In this document: positions 20,114 through 30,435 of the stretch, one piece after another
Layout: each line of letters starts with the position of its first letter
Position numbering within the stretch: the first letter of the stretch is position 1
Source of the DNA: a virus
Length of the DNA stretch: 64,000 bases
Strand: one strand, 5' to 3'
Virus record (IMG/VR): IMGVR_UViG_3300024262_003767
Position numbers and translations under genes: made by a program
Notes under the pieces: generated by a model
Database searches by the model: none
The model's input: only the letters and a program-made list of their open reading frames with translations
What the model was told of the DNA's origin: nothing

Positions 20114-20431
20114 TTAATTTTTTTCAACTAAAATAATATCTTTTTTTGAAAATCTAATAATGAAAAATTTACTGAGAATATTTTTTAGTTCATTATCCAA
20201 ATTTGAATCTGGTAGGGTTTCAAAATCAAAAATTCGTAATTGCTTTCCAAATATCTTATTTTCTAAAATTAATTTAAATAGAAATTCTCCCGCATTTAAA
20301 ATTTCACCTTTAATATCCAATTCAATATCATTGGTAGTTTCACCATTAATTTTAATCTGCCCATTTTTAAACCGTTGTCTTATATCATTCGAAAAAAGCC
20401 CCATCGATTTAAGCACTTCTGAAATTTTCAT
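20114..20431 (-). CDS. S4-like RNA-binding domain protein
   Basis: ISEVLKSMGLFSNDIRQRFKNGQIKINGETTNDIELDIKGEI fits the S4 consensus (L..G...S...a...i..G.V.vNG). Confidence 0.4.
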   Translation of the reverse strand: MKISEVLKSMGLFSNDIRQRFKNGQIKINGETTNDIELDIKGEILNAGEFLFKLILENKIFGKQLRIFDFETLPDSNLDNELKNILSKFFIIRFSKKDIILVEKN

Positions 20432-20790
20432 TATTATATAATTTGTTCAATCTTGATTTGCGTATCAATGATTGTAAAAGTTAAACATTTCTTTATTTTT
20501 GATCCAAAGTAGATATATAATACTCTTACACTATCATAATGTTCATCTTTTACTTTACTTATTTTCACGTCAATAGAGTCTTTAAGCAAAGTTCTAACAT
20601 CTGATATTTTAAACTTGAAGTTGTTTTGTATAATAAAAGATTTTACAATAGCACTTATTAATTCACCATCTCTCATTTATATTAATTTTGAAGTTATTTA
20701 TACCATTTATATATTCAATGTTTTACACAAGTTTAAAAATTATTATATAAACTACATTGCAAAACTACTAAAAAGATTTAGAAATAAAAA

Positions 20791-21897
20791 CTATTTACCA
20801 AATCTACTTTTTGTTGAATTGTAAATTTGTAAACTCTCATCTGATGTTAAATTTCTATCATATATCATCAATTTACCAATAGAACCATTGCCGAAAGTAA
20901 AACTTCCATATTGGTTGAATTGTATCTGAGTCCATGATGATAATGCAACATTTTTAAATTCTAACATATGCCATTCACCATCTCGGATATAATCATATAT
21001 GTTTGGTGTATCAACCGTGTCCATATAAAAATCAGGAGTACCACAATTACCATAATATTCTTTGTTAGATGAACTATATGCACCAAGGTAAAATGCTGTC
21101 GTTTGTGCACCTAAAAATAATGCCTGTGTGTCTGTTGTTTTTATCCAAAATATAACCGTACAAGTATTTGAGTTTGTTATTGTGTCTGTACAGGTTATAC
21201 CACCATCAGTTAAATTAAATATTTCTTCAAAACTGTCATGAACTATACCAGAACCGTCAAGAGAGAAAGATAAGTTTCTATTCACATCATACCAAGTAGT
21301 GTTGGTTCGTTGAGGTCCAGTAAAATTTGTCATATAAGATTTCTGTTCTATTTGTGGCGCATAAAAAGCATATTTATTTCCAGTTGAACCACCATAAGAA
21401 CTAATATACATTGAAGTCACATCTGTAGCAGGAGTTGTAAAAGTTTTAGATATTCTTATCCATCTATTTGAGGGCCAGGTGTTCCACGATGAACTTCCTT
21501 TATATTCTAAATATCCTTGATTTGTGTTGTGTGGTTGAGGTCTACAATACGGTGAACTTCCACCAATTATAGGTTCATTTTGCCAGAACCAAACAGATGC
21601 GGTATATTCTGTAGATGTTGTGACTGCGGCATTTCCACATCCCATATGGAGACTACCTGTTGTTGTAACTAGTTCAGATAATACACTATAACCTGGAAAA
21701 GGAGGATCAATAGTCAAATCGTTTGAACTCCAAGTAGCAGCACCAGAATTAACCCAACTAGATCTCCAACTTAATGAATTGTCAGATTGATATGATAGAT
21801 TAGTAGTAGATTCACCAGGAAATGAATTCAAATCTTTGGCATCTAAATTTATTAAAAGTCCATCTGTTACTATTTTTGGTCCTATTGATACTCCCAT
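20791..21897 (-). CDS. LamG/concanavalin-A-like lectin-fold protein (virion or fibre candidate)
   Basis: Ser/Thr/Gly/Trp-rich beta-sandwich composition; shares N-terminus MGVSIGPKIVTDGLLINLDA and C-terminus YNSTKSRFGK with the upstream paralogue. Confidence 0.45.
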   Translation of the reverse strand: MGVSIGPKIVTDGLLINLDAKDLNSFPGESTTNLSYQSDNSLSWRSSWVNSGAATWSSNDLTIDPPFPGYSVLSELVTTTGSLHMGCGNAAVTTSTEYTASVWFWQNEPIIGGSSPYCRPQPHNTNQGYLEYKGSSSWNTWPSNRWIRISKTFTTPATDVTSMYISSYGGSTGNKYAFYAPQIEQKSYMTNFTGPQRTNTTWYDVNRNLSFSLDGSGIVHDSFEEIFNLTDGGITCTDTITNSNTCTVIFWIKTTDTQALFLGAQTTAFYLGAYSSSNKEYYGNCGTPDFYMDTVDTPNIYDYIRDGEWHMLEFKNVALSSWTQIQFNQYGSFTFGNGSIGKLMIYDRNLTSDESLQIYNSTKSRFGK

Positions 21898-23243
21898 TAT
21901 TTACCAAATTTACTTTTTGTTGAATTATAATTTTGAATGGCTTCTGACTCTAAAATTGCTCTATTGTAATATTTAAAAATTGATATATATCCGTCAAAAT
22001 AAGATCCATATGATGCGTGAGCAGTTCCATACCCTTTACCAATACTACTAATAGTCACATTATTGGTTGTGAATGATGGAGAATACACTCCGATATATTC
22101 CCCATCAAAATAAAGAGTTTGTGCTCCATTAGTTGATGTTATTATCACATGGTGCCAGTTTAAATCGGCAACAACACCAGTATTAAAAACTCCCCAATAT
22201 TCTTCATTAATATCTCTTTCACCTCTAAATTGAAATGTATTTGAAACTATTGTATAATCAAGAAGTTGCATATAACCAGCAACACCATTCAATAATCGTA
22301 ATGCGTTATTAGTATTTGTTACATCTTGTGAAGTTAATGTGTTTCGTTTAACCCAAAATTCAACAGTACAAGAATTGAGATCTATTATTGTTGTGTTTAT
22401 ATCAACTTTATTGCCGCTTGTTACACCACCACTAAAATATATTTGTTTGTTACTATCATAGGACATATTTGTAATGTCTCCATTATTGTTACCTATTAAA
22501 TCCACCCAACCTTTTGTTGGTGATACACCCAATAAATCTCTAATATAAGGTTCTGAACCATCACACTTATCCATTCTTGGGTCATAAAATTGTAATTGAG
22601 TTGTACCATCAGTACAATAGTAATGATAAGTTCTATGATATGATGTTGTTGTTGATGGGTTCCACTTACAATCAACACCTATATTACAACCATTAATATC
22701 ACCAATTCTACCACTAGTTGAATACACACCCGTATCATTGTGTCTAGTTGTACCGTCATATGTATGGTAAAAACAATGTCCAACATATAAATACCATTGA
22801 TCTTTTATTAAAGATGATGTTGCTGAACAATTCCAATATGGATTACCACCTTCAGAACCATCTAATTTTACAACAGTAGGACCTAATCCAAAATAAAAAG
22901 TGCCACCACCAGAATCAGAAATTCGTTTTACCCAAATGGAAAATCTATAAGTATAATTAACATCTACACTATAAGATGATGTATTCCAACCACCATCTGC
23001 GTCACTAATTGTGTTTCCACTTGTCTTCCATACAACTGCCGATTCCCCCATAGGGTTTATATCTACAATTCTACTATTCTCACTAGTTGCACCATTTTGA
23101 CTAAATCCAGTCACACCACCTGTTCCAACAGTCCAATTATCCATATTAATATCAGAATGTCTAACATAAGATCTACTATTTGTTGCATCTAAACATAAAA
23201 CTAAACCGTCTGTTACTATTTTAGGACCAACAGTTACACCCAT
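21897..23243 (-). CDS. LamG/concanavalin-A-like lectin-fold protein (paralogue)
   Basis: MGVTVGPKIVTDGLVLCLDA ... YNSTKSKFGK; stop overlaps the start of the downstream paralogue. Confidence 0.45.
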   Translation of the reverse strand: MGVTVGPKIVTDGLVLCLDATNSRSYVRHSDINMDNWTVGTGGVTGFSQNGATSENSRIVDINPMGESAVVWKTSGNTISDADGGWNTSSYSVDVNYTYRFSIWVKRISDSGGGTFYFGLGPTVVKLDGSEGGNPYWNCSATSSLIKDQWYLYVGHCFYHTYDGTTRHNDTGVYSTSGRIGDINGCNIGVDCKWNPSTTTSYHRTYHYYCTDGTTQLQFYDPRMDKCDGSEPYIRDLLGVSPTKGWVDLIGNNNGDITNMSYDSNKQIYFSGGVTSGNKVDINTTIIDLNSCTVEFWVKRNTLTSQDVTNTNNALRLLNGVAGYMQLLDYTIVSNTFQFRGERDINEEYWGVFNTGVVADLNWHHVIITSTNGAQTLYFDGEYIGVYSPSFTTNNVTISSIGKGYGTAHASYGSYFDGYISIFKYYNRAILESEAIQNYNSTKSKFGK

Positions 23244-23295
23244 AAAACTTTATTAGTTTTACAAATATATATTTTAATAAAAAATTGGGTATTTT

Positions 23296-24060
23296 TTAAC
23301 CGTAGTATTTTTCACACAAAACCTTATCATTATACATATCACCAGTTTCTAAAACCATAGGTATATCGTATAATTTAATCATATTTACAATATTATCAAC
23401 CTCACGATTATTAAATTTTCCTGTTTCATCGAAAAGAGAAATATTATGTCTATCAAGGTGTTTTCCAAATTCAACTTCGGGACTTGGATTATTTAGGTGA
23501 ACTAAATCAATATACTTATGATATTTTTCAATAATTTCAAGAACATCATAACCAGCAGCGTAAGAATGTGCAGTATCAAAACACATACCTAAATTTAATT
23601 CAGGATTATTATCAATAAATTCAATAATATCATTAAGATTTAACCGATTACCACCTTCAGCAGTACTTTCAATTAAAATTTTAGTTTTTGCATTTGTTTT
23701 TTGGTAGGCTCTTTTTAGATTATAAAGTGTGTTTTTAATACCTTCTTCTTTGTCTTTATTTGAACCCATATGTATAACTAATCCACTTGCTTCAATAGCA
23801 TCACAAAAATTAAGATTGTCGGCTAATGATTTAGGTAAAACTGGTTTATCTGATGCAAGGTTTACATAATAATTAATGTGTACAAATATAGGAATGCGCA
23901 ATTCTTTCATTGCTTGAACATTTTCGTTTGTGTGGTTTGAAGGAAAATAACTTCTTGGACTACCAGGAAAAATCTGTATAGAACCAAGTTTCTCAATCTT
24001 TGCTTGTTCAGCAGCGATTTTTAATCCTTTTGATATTGATAAGTGATATCCTATTTTCAT
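23296..24060 (-). CDS. nfo: Endonuclease IV (AP endonuclease family 2, TIM barrel)
   Basis: VHINYYVNL, ESTAEGGN, CFDTAHSYAAGYD, VHLNN, matching Nfo conserved metal-ligand blocks. Confidence 0.85.
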   Translation of the reverse strand: MKIGYHLSISKGLKIAAEQAKIEKLGSIQIFPGSPRSYFPSNHTNENVQAMKELRIPIFVHINYYVNLASDKPVLPKSLADNLNFCDAIEASGLVIHMGSNKDKEEGIKNTLYNLKRAYQKTNAKTKILIESTAEGGNRLNLNDIIEFIDNNPELNLGMCFDTAHSYAAGYDVLEIIEKYHKYIDLVHLNNPSPEVEFGKHLDRHNISLFDETGKFNNREVDNIVNMIKLYDIPMVLETGDMYNDKVLCEKYYG

Positions 24061-24113
24061 ATATTTTAAAATTAAAAGTGTTTACCCATTATATAATGAG
24101 TAAACACTTTTGT

Positions 24114-24923
24114 TTATTTGATATTTACAACATAAAATGCTTTCTTCTTATGAAGAACATCAATGAAAGTGATGCTAGTGTTGTCACCTTTATATGGTTT
24201 TAAAGTGTGAACATCACCACAAGGATTATGTCCAACTATCTGATGATATCCAACTATTGGTTTATTTGCCAATTCTTTATCTAACCATAGTGGTCCACCT
24301 ACTTTACAATGTCCACCTCTACGATGACCAACATCAAACATACATTCCATTCTATGAGTAAATGCCAAATTCAATTTATCTGCAAGGTTGTTGATTGTAT
24401 AATCAATTTCCATTCTTTTTAGAAATTCTTCTACTTTATAGAATTCTTTATCAAATCTAGTATTGTACCAACCTTTGTGTACGCCTGCGTGAGTGAATAG
24501 ATAATTTTCAACTTGAAATGCCATTTGAAACAACTCAAAGTTTTTATTAAATAGTTCATATAAATCAAATCGCATTTCTGGACGATAACCACTACATTCA
24601 TATTTATTGCTATGAATCCAAGGTGAAGTTAATGCGTAATGTAATTCGTGATTACCCCACAACAGAATAACATTCCGTGGATAAAGTGTTTTGAATTTAA
24701 TTAAATCAATTATATTTTCTCGTATCTGATTGTTATCTTTATCAAAAGCATCACAGTAGTCACCAAGAAAAACATAATAATCATAATCCATATCAACAAT
24801 ATCATATATCTGGTTGCCTTCTTCCATTTGAAGAAGGTAACTGATATCGGCAAAAGTTTTCCAAACATTTCTACCGTGCAAATCTCCTATGACCATTATT
24901 TTTTTCATAATGCAAAGATACAA
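24114..24923 (-). CDS. PPP-family (lambda-phosphatase-like) Ser/Thr/Tyr protein phosphatase
   Basis: VIGDLHG, GDYCDAFD, WGNHE, THAG, GHNP phosphoesterase motifs in lambda-PPase order. Confidence 0.7.
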   Translation of the reverse strand: MYLCIMKKIMVIGDLHGRNVWKTFADISYLLQMEEGNQIYDIVDMDYDYYVFLGDYCDAFDKDNNQIRENIIDLIKFKTLYPRNVILLWGNHELHYALTSPWIHSNKYECSGYRPEMRFDLYELFNKNFELFQMAFQVENYLFTHAGVHKGWYNTRFDKEFYKVEEFLKRMEIDYTINNLADKLNLAFTHRMECMFDVGHRRGGHCKVGGPLWLDKELANKPIVGYHQIVGHNPCGDVHTLKPYKGDNTSITFIDVLHKKKAFYVVNIK

Positions 24924-24949
24924 CTTTTCTTATTATAAAAAAAGAGGTA

Positions 24950-25249
24950 TTACCTCTCTTTTTTTAATCGTTTTGTTTTTTGTTTTCGTAATTGCCTTCG
25001 TAATGCTTCAGTTGCCATATCAATTGAACGTTCAAAGTTTTCAGATTGTTTTTTTGAATATAAAGAACAACCTTGACAATTTAATTTAATTTCAACAATT
25101 TTATTTTCAGGTTTATTCCCTATTCCTAATATTACGTCAACATCTATAATATGTTGATGATGTTCTGTTAATTTTTTAATTTTTTCTTTTATAAAAAAAA
25201 CGAGTTTATTGTCTGTTTTAAAATGAACAGATTCAATGTTTAAATTCAT
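24950..25249 (-). CDS. hpf: Ribosome hibernation promoting factor (HPF/RaiA, short form)
   Basis: MNLNIESVHFKTDNKLVFFIKEKIKKLTEHHQHIIDVDVIL matches the HPF N-terminal fold consensus; 99 aa. Confidence 0.8.
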   Translation of the reverse strand: MNLNIESVHFKTDNKLVFFIKEKIKKLTEHHQHIIDVDVILGIGNKPENKIVEIKLNCQGCSLYSKKQSENFERSIDMATEALRRQLRKQKTKRLKKER

Positions 25250-25701
25250 TGTGCGAATTTTTATTTGTGAAATGAGATTTGATCATCTTATGTTTTATAT
25301 AAGATATTTGAAATGAAGTTTTAAACTTTGGTATTATTTTTCAACATTTTTTGGAATAAACACAGATTTGTTATATCTATTTGTTGTTTCATTATTTAGA
25401 GTGGCAACTTTTTGCACATTTCTAACATTTTTACTTGCATTAAGTACATCCATTTTAAATGCATCTATATAATGATATCTGATGATTTTATTCTTTTTAA
25501 CTTTAGTATAATCCTTTTCAAGATTGATTACTTTTTTTACTTCTAAAAGTGCATCTTCATACCTCTTAAATGGTAATTTATTATATTTTCTCCAATATTT
25601 TATAAATAAAAACCATTTGGTATATTGAATGGTATACTCTTTACTTTCTCCAATAATTATTTCTTTTATTCTAAAATGTCTCATATGTTATATATTATTA
25701 A

Positions 25702-25974
25702 TTAAAAATCCCCAGAAGTAGTAATTTTTTTCACCAAACCATTCTCATCAATTCTAACTGTGTCACCTTCAACTAATGATTTGCTGATTGCATTTGTGGT
25801 TGCTGTTTTATAAATAGTAAACACCTTATTATCACCATCTCTTAATACAATAGAACTTGTTTCTGGATCTATTGCTACCACAATTACTGGTGGTTTGCGA
25901 TTATTTATTCTATTATTTGATGAATAATGACACCCAAACATTAAGAATAATAATAATATGAGTATTTTTTTCAT
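25702..25974 (-). CDS. Putative lipoprotein
   Basis: MKKILILLLFLMFGC signal peptide with lipobox. Confidence 0.5.
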   Translation of the reverse strand: MKKILILLLFLMFGCHYSSNNRINNRKPPVIVVAIDPETSSIVLRDGDNKVFTIYKTATTNAISKSLVEGDTVRIDENGLVKKITTSGDF

Positions 25975-26320
25975 ACTACTTTCTTTTTTTATTATATATT
26001 AAATATTATATTTGTAAAAAAATTGTACATATGTTTGATAAATTACCATATACATCTAAGTTGAAAGTTTGTGAATTGTTTTATCTTGAAACAATTAGGA
26101 TTCCTAAAGATTATTTGTTACCGAAAAAAATATTTTTTTCGTGGAGTTGGATAACTGTTGAAACGTTATCAGGTGAAAGACTATTTAGAAGGGTTGAGGT
26201 TGAGAATTGGTATAATAATAATTTAAAATCAATTAGAAAACATAAATTACTTAGCATAACAAAAAGAGAAATGGTTAGCTAAACTAACTACCTCTCTTTA
26301 ATGTATATTTCTTAGGATGA

Positions 26321-26473
26321 CTATTTATCTTTTTTAGTCTCTTTGGTTTCCTTTTCTTCTTTCTTTTCAAGAACATCTTTAGCAACGTCTGTTCTCTTAG
26401 TTTTCTTTGCTGGCTTGTTGTACTTTTCACTATGTTCTGTGAAAGAAAGTAAGTTATTTAATTTATCTGCCAT
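26321..26473 (-). CDS. Small lysine-rich basic protein (50 aa), not in the ORF track
   Basis: Manual ORF MADKLNNLLSFTEHSEKYNKPAKKTKRTDVAKDVLEKKEEKETKETKKDK; preceded by a TATATATTAAAAA box on its strand; the overlapping plus ORF 26343..26525 looks spurious. Confidence 0.3.
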   Translation of the reverse strand: MADKLNNLLSFTEHSEKYNKPAKKTKRTDVAKDVLEKKEEKETKETKKDK

Positions 26474-26649
26474 TTCTTTGTTTTATTTTTTATTATATAT
26501 TAAAAATATAAACTCATTTTTATAGTCTATATATTAATATTTTTCTTTGTTTTTTCTAACTATCAGAAAAAAGAAAAAACTTATCATACACTTTTTTATA
26601 TATATTAGAAATTTAAACTATAAATGAAACATATTTATTCATACAAATC

Positions 26650-26760
26650 AGGTCTAACAGCGGATTTTTGTTTTAGTGGTTTTAAACAAAAATTCCGTAT
26701 ATGATTTGCTATATAGTTTAAAACCACTTCATTACGAGGTGGTTTTTTATTTTTAAAAAC
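26650..26760 (+). promoter_or_regulatory. Structured leader upstream of ORF 26773..27324: a 13-bp stem (about 26675-26687 with 26716-26728) and a mutually exclusive terminator-like hairpin plus T-run (about 26723-26750)
   Basis: Inverted repeat AGTGGTTTTAAAC / GTTTAAAACCACT; CCAC..GTGG followed by TTTTTT. Confidence 0.4.
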
Positions 26761-26772
26761 ATACTATAAAAA

Positions 26773-27324
26773 ATGGAACAATTAATTTGGAAAAAATGGA
26801 ATCGGGAAACTATTGATGATATCAATCAGTATGTCTTGGATTATGTAAAAAATGTTGATAGGAATGTTAAGATTATTGTTGGTTGTGACTCACATCCACA
26901 TAGAAGAAGATTAGTATATGCTGTCACTATTATTTTATATAATGAATCACTCAGAAAGGGTGCTCACGTTGTTTATGCTAAAGTAAAAATACCAAGATTG
27001 CGTGATGTTAGTGCAAAAATTAGAAAGGAAGCAGAATTTGTTTATACTGTTGCTGAATCCTTAGACCAAACATTAAGGGGCACTTACTATCATAAGTTTG
27101 ATAAAAATACTTACGATGATACTATCCCAACCAAATTAGTTGAAGTTCACGTTGATGTTAATCCTAAGAGAAACACAAGAAATGGTAGAAAATATTCAAA
27201 TAACTTATCTAATGATGTATATCAAGAAATTATGGGTTGGTTATGTGGTTCAGGTTTCAAGGTGTTCGCTAAACCACATGCGTATGGTTCAACTGGATCT
27301 GCGGATAAATTATCAAAAAGTTAA
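26773..27324 (+). CDS. Hypothetical protein (possible RNase-H-like YkuK/DUF458?)
   Basis: KIIVGCDSHPHRRRLVYAVTII block; weak. Confidence 0.25.
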   Translation: MEQLIWKKWNRETIDDINQYVLDYVKNVDRNVKIIVGCDSHPHRRRLVYAVTIILYNESLRKGAHVVYAKVKIPRLRDVSAKIRKEAEFVYTVAESLDQTLRGTYYHKFDKNTYDDTIPTKLVEVHVDVNPKRNTRNGRKYSNNLSNDVYQEIMGWLCGSGFKVFAKPHAYGSTGSADKLSKS

Positions 27325-27352
27325 ATTAAAAAGCCTAATTATATTAGGCTTT

Positions 27353-28216
27353 TTAATTTAATTCACCTTCCCAAACAATTTTATATTCATATTTACCTGG
27401 TAGTAGTATAATTTCTCTTTGATTTGTATGGTAATATTGTGTTGGTAATTTCTGTACGTCAACTAGTACATCTTTAGGTTGTACTTCCATCATAATAACA
27501 AAAGGTGGTGATGATGGTTGTTCATCCACAAATCTTCTAGCCACTAATATATTTGTAGTCCAAGATGTCGACATATTGAAATCGGATATAACTTTTTCAC
27601 CAACTTTGTATGGTGGGGTTTTTTTTGAAAAATGTTTTATTTGAACTTCTTCAATACCTTTATAAATCTTTAAAGGTTTATCTGGTTTAAAAGGTTTTAA
27701 TTCGTCTATAATATCTTGTGTTAATTTTGATAATAACAAAGAGCCAGAACCTATATATGAATATAACCAATCATCAGTTTTTTCAGATAATTCAACATTT
27801 ATCCTTTCAGGTGTATGTTTATCATATTTAGTAAATCCTCCAATGTAACGAAAAGATATCACATCTCCATTTTTAATTCTTGCTAACCATTCACCTGTTA
27901 TTGAATGTTTATAAAAATAACCAGAATAATCATCAACATCAACTTCTTCATCTTCACTAAATCCAAAAAAATCTACAATTTGTTTATATAGAGGTTTTTT
28001 TGTTTTAATTTGATAGATATATTCACTATTTATATCAGATGCGTCTGCTCTATTTGTTAAATAGATTCTTTTTAAATGATTTAGATTACTAAAATCTATA
28101 TCTTCTAATTTTAATGGTTCATCAGAATATAAATATAAATTTCCATTATATGTTTTTTGATCGTAATCTACTTCATTATAATCTACAAGTTCAAATAATT
28201 TGAATTTAGTTATCAT
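27353..28216 (-). CDS. Hypothetical protein with a possible C-terminal ADP-ribosyltransferase-like domain
   Basis: FNMSTSWTT (STS) followed about 55 aa later by NQREIILLPG (Q-x-E); upstream IYKG in the position of the YRG Arg; overlaps the CCA-enzyme gene by 11 nt. Confidence 0.3.
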   Translation of the reverse strand: MITKFKLFELVDYNEVDYDQKTYNGNLYLYSDEPLKLEDIDFSNLNHLKRIYLTNRADASDINSEYIYQIKTKKPLYKQIVDFFGFSEDEEVDVDDYSGYFYKHSITGEWLARIKNGDVISFRYIGGFTKYDKHTPERINVELSEKTDDWLYSYIGSGSLLLSKLTQDIIDELKPFKPDKPLKIYKGIEEVQIKHFSKKTPPYKVGEKVISDFNMSTSWTTNILVARRFVDEQPSSPPFVIMMEVQPKDVLVDVQKLPTQYYHTNQREIILLPGKYEYKIVWEGELN

Positions 28217-29465
28217 TCATAAGATATTCATTTTTGAAACGCACAATCTCTCGTCTTTTCTTTTCTATTTCAATTTCAATTCCTTTGAAACCTTCAGCAG
28301 CTAAATCATTACCATTAACCACAAATCCATCATTACAATAATCAACAAATGGTTTATAGAATTCTTCACCCAAAAACTCATAAATTAAATCATCATCAAT
28401 ATGATATTGATTTTTCATTTTAGCCAAACCGTAAACATTTGAAACGTCAATGTTTTTAAATGATTTCCAATGTAAATCTAATTCCTTCTCAAGTTTGAGC
28501 AAAAATTCAATCTGGTTCACTAACTTGGAACTAAATTTCAATTCACTAATCATATATTTTCTCAATTTACGAATATCATTATCACGAAGTAAATGTGCAA
28601 ATAATATTGCGGAAATAGGTTTTGGTGTAAATCCATCGGGAGATATTTTCAATTTGGGAAACATTTGTTCCCACATATCATATTCAGTTAATAGTCTGAT
28701 ATAATTTTCTAATATTTTGTTTCCGCCTTTTTCTGCGTGTTCAATTACCTTATTCCATTCTTCATGTATTCTTTCTTGTGATACATCTTCTTTGGTACTT
28801 ATACCACGTAGTCTGTTATCACTTTTAATGGCTCTTGATGTCTCAGGTGATATGATACCACCTTTTCTACCTTGGGCTCTTGCAGCGAATCTAAATACTC
28901 TTAAAATTCTTAATCTATCTTCTTTAAATCTCTCAGCAGGATCACCAACAGCACGTATAACATTATTTTCAATATCTTTAACTCCACCAACCAAATCTAC
29001 AATTTCTTTTTTATTTATATCATAGAAAAGAGCATTGATAGTTAAATCTCTACGTTTAACATCATCTTCGATTGTAATATGGTTTCCAATTTCTACTTTA
29101 TCATCATCACCTTTTGTATCTCTACCTCCAGAAATATCTTTTCTAAAAGTTGCTAATTCGTGTCCGAGTGGTTCATCTTCAGTATAAATTCTAAGTACGC
29201 CAAAATTTTTACCTTGTTCATCAGAAACATTCCAACCTTTCAAAATTCTTTTACTTTCTTCTGGTAGAGCATTTGTGACTAAATCAAAATCATGTGGTAT
29301 CTTTTTTTGCAAAAAATCACGAACCGCTCCACCAACAACATAGATATCTTTACCAGCATTATTGAAGGCTCTTGATATTTCTTTAATGTCATAAGGAATA
29401 GGCATCTCAACAGAGATAGTATTTTCAGTTATAAATTCTAAATATTTTTTTAATTTTTCTACCAT
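28206..29465 (-). CDS. cca: tRNA nucleotidyltransferase (class II CCA-adding enzyme / polyA-polymerase head domain)
   Basis: VVGGAVRDFLQKKIPHDFDLV (GGxVRD...DxD) and RRDLTINALFYD motifs. Confidence 0.85.
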   Translation of the reverse strand: MVEKLKKYLEFITENTISVEMPIPYDIKEISRAFNNAGKDIYVVGGAVRDFLQKKIPHDFDLVTNALPEESKRILKGWNVSDEQGKNFGVLRIYTEDEPLGHELATFRKDISGGRDTKGDDDKVEIGNHITIEDDVKRRDLTINALFYDINKKEIVDLVGGVKDIENNVIRAVGDPAERFKEDRLRILRVFRFAARAQGRKGGIISPETSRAIKSDNRLRGISTKEDVSQERIHEEWNKVIEHAEKGGNKILENYIRLLTEYDMWEQMFPKLKISPDGFTPKPISAILFAHLLRDNDIRKLRKYMISELKFSSKLVNQIEFLLKLEKELDLHWKSFKNIDVSNVYGLAKMKNQYHIDDDLIYEFLGEEFYKPFVDYCNDGFVVNGNDLAAEGFKGIEIEIEKKRREIVRFKNEYLMNDN

Positions 29466-29485
29466 TTTACAAAGATAAGGTTTTT

Positions 29486-29520
29486 CTGTTTACATTTTTT
29501 ATATATATTAAAAAGAATTT
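29486..29520. promoter_or_regulatory. Example of the recurring TATATAT(T)AAA upstream box, here in a divergent intergenic region
   Basis: TTTTTTATATATATTAAAAAGAAT between divergent starts 29465(-) and 29530(+). Similar boxes occur about 10-65 nt upstream of ORF starts near 3175(-), 6491(-), 11070(-)/11121(+), 15514(-)/15605(+), 17501(+), 19362(-), 25974(-), 26473(-), 38334(-), 44050(-)/44140(+), 56407(-), 62968(+). Confidence 0.45.
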
Positions 29521-29529
29521 TTTAGTTTC

Positions 29530-30435
29530 ATGAAAATAAAATTATTTGAAAATTTTGGGGGTGACACTATATTAGATAAACCTTTTGTTAAAAAAATAAG
29601 AGGTAAATATTTTTTACCAAATGTTGACTTTACCTGTTTTGATTTGAATTGTCTTAAAACCAGCAAAAAATTATCTACACTTAATTATTCATCACTTATT
29701 AGATTTTATTTATTTGTTTGGTTGTTAAAATATAATGGTACTGATGATTGGACTAATTATATTATTAGTGTTTTGAAAGATCCATCTAATCCAACATATG
29801 ATAAAGTGTGGAGAAATTTAAATCAGATGGGAAATAATAACGCAGTTCTCAAATATTTTAAATCTAAACTTGGGTTAAATATAAAAGATAATAAAGATGA
29901 TAATATTGATACTCTCACCAAAATGGATGAAATGAAAGATATGCTATTTAATGATATGAATTTTAGAGAAATAACATCTATTGTAAGTGATTTAACTAAA
30001 AAGGCAACAGAAAGTGAAACTAATGTTAAATTTTTCTTGAAAAGAATATGGGGTAAATATTATAAGATTAACGACCCTACTGATGCGGAAGATATAAAAG
30101 GTGTTGATTTATGGAGGTTGAATATTAAAACTGGTGATAGAGATAGATTACAAGTTAAAAATATTAGTGAAAGTGTAAGTGTTAATGTGTCTGGTGAAAC
30201 AATTGCGATTAAACCTTCAAGAATAGATCTAAGAGATTACTATTCAGGTACAGATACTTTAAAATTTGACTATTTAATTTTATATGATAAATTTAGAGAA
30301 AAATTGTGGGTTATAAATGGTAAAGCCATTTTCAAAATTAAGAAATATGATAGTATGGTTTTAATTATTTTGAAAAAATGGGATCCTAAATATAATCCTA
30401 TGAAAGAGTATGATATACCTAAAAGATTTACTTAA
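29530..30435 (+). CDS. Hypothetical protein
   Basis: ORF only. Confidence 0.3.
   Translation: MKIKLFENFGGDTILDKPFVKKIRGKYFLPNVDFTCFDLNCLKTSKKLSTLNYSSLIRFYLFVWLLKYNGTDDWTNYIISVLKDPSNPTYDKVWRNLNQMGNNNAVLKYFKSKLGLNIKDNKDDNIDTLTKMDEMKDMLFNDMNFREITSIVSDLTKKATESETNVKFFLKRIWGKYYKINDPTDAEDIKGVDLWRLNIKTGDRDRLQVKNISESVSVNVSGETIAIKPSRIDLRDYYSGTDTLKFDYLILYDKFREKLWVINGKAIFKIKKYDSMVLIILKKWDPKYNPMKEYDIPKRFT

Noticed and set aside
26343-26525. Plus-strand 60-aa ORF
   Set aside because: Overlapped by a more plausible minus-strand 50-aa lysine-rich ORF with an upstream promoter-like box. The plus product is S/F/L-rich low complexity.
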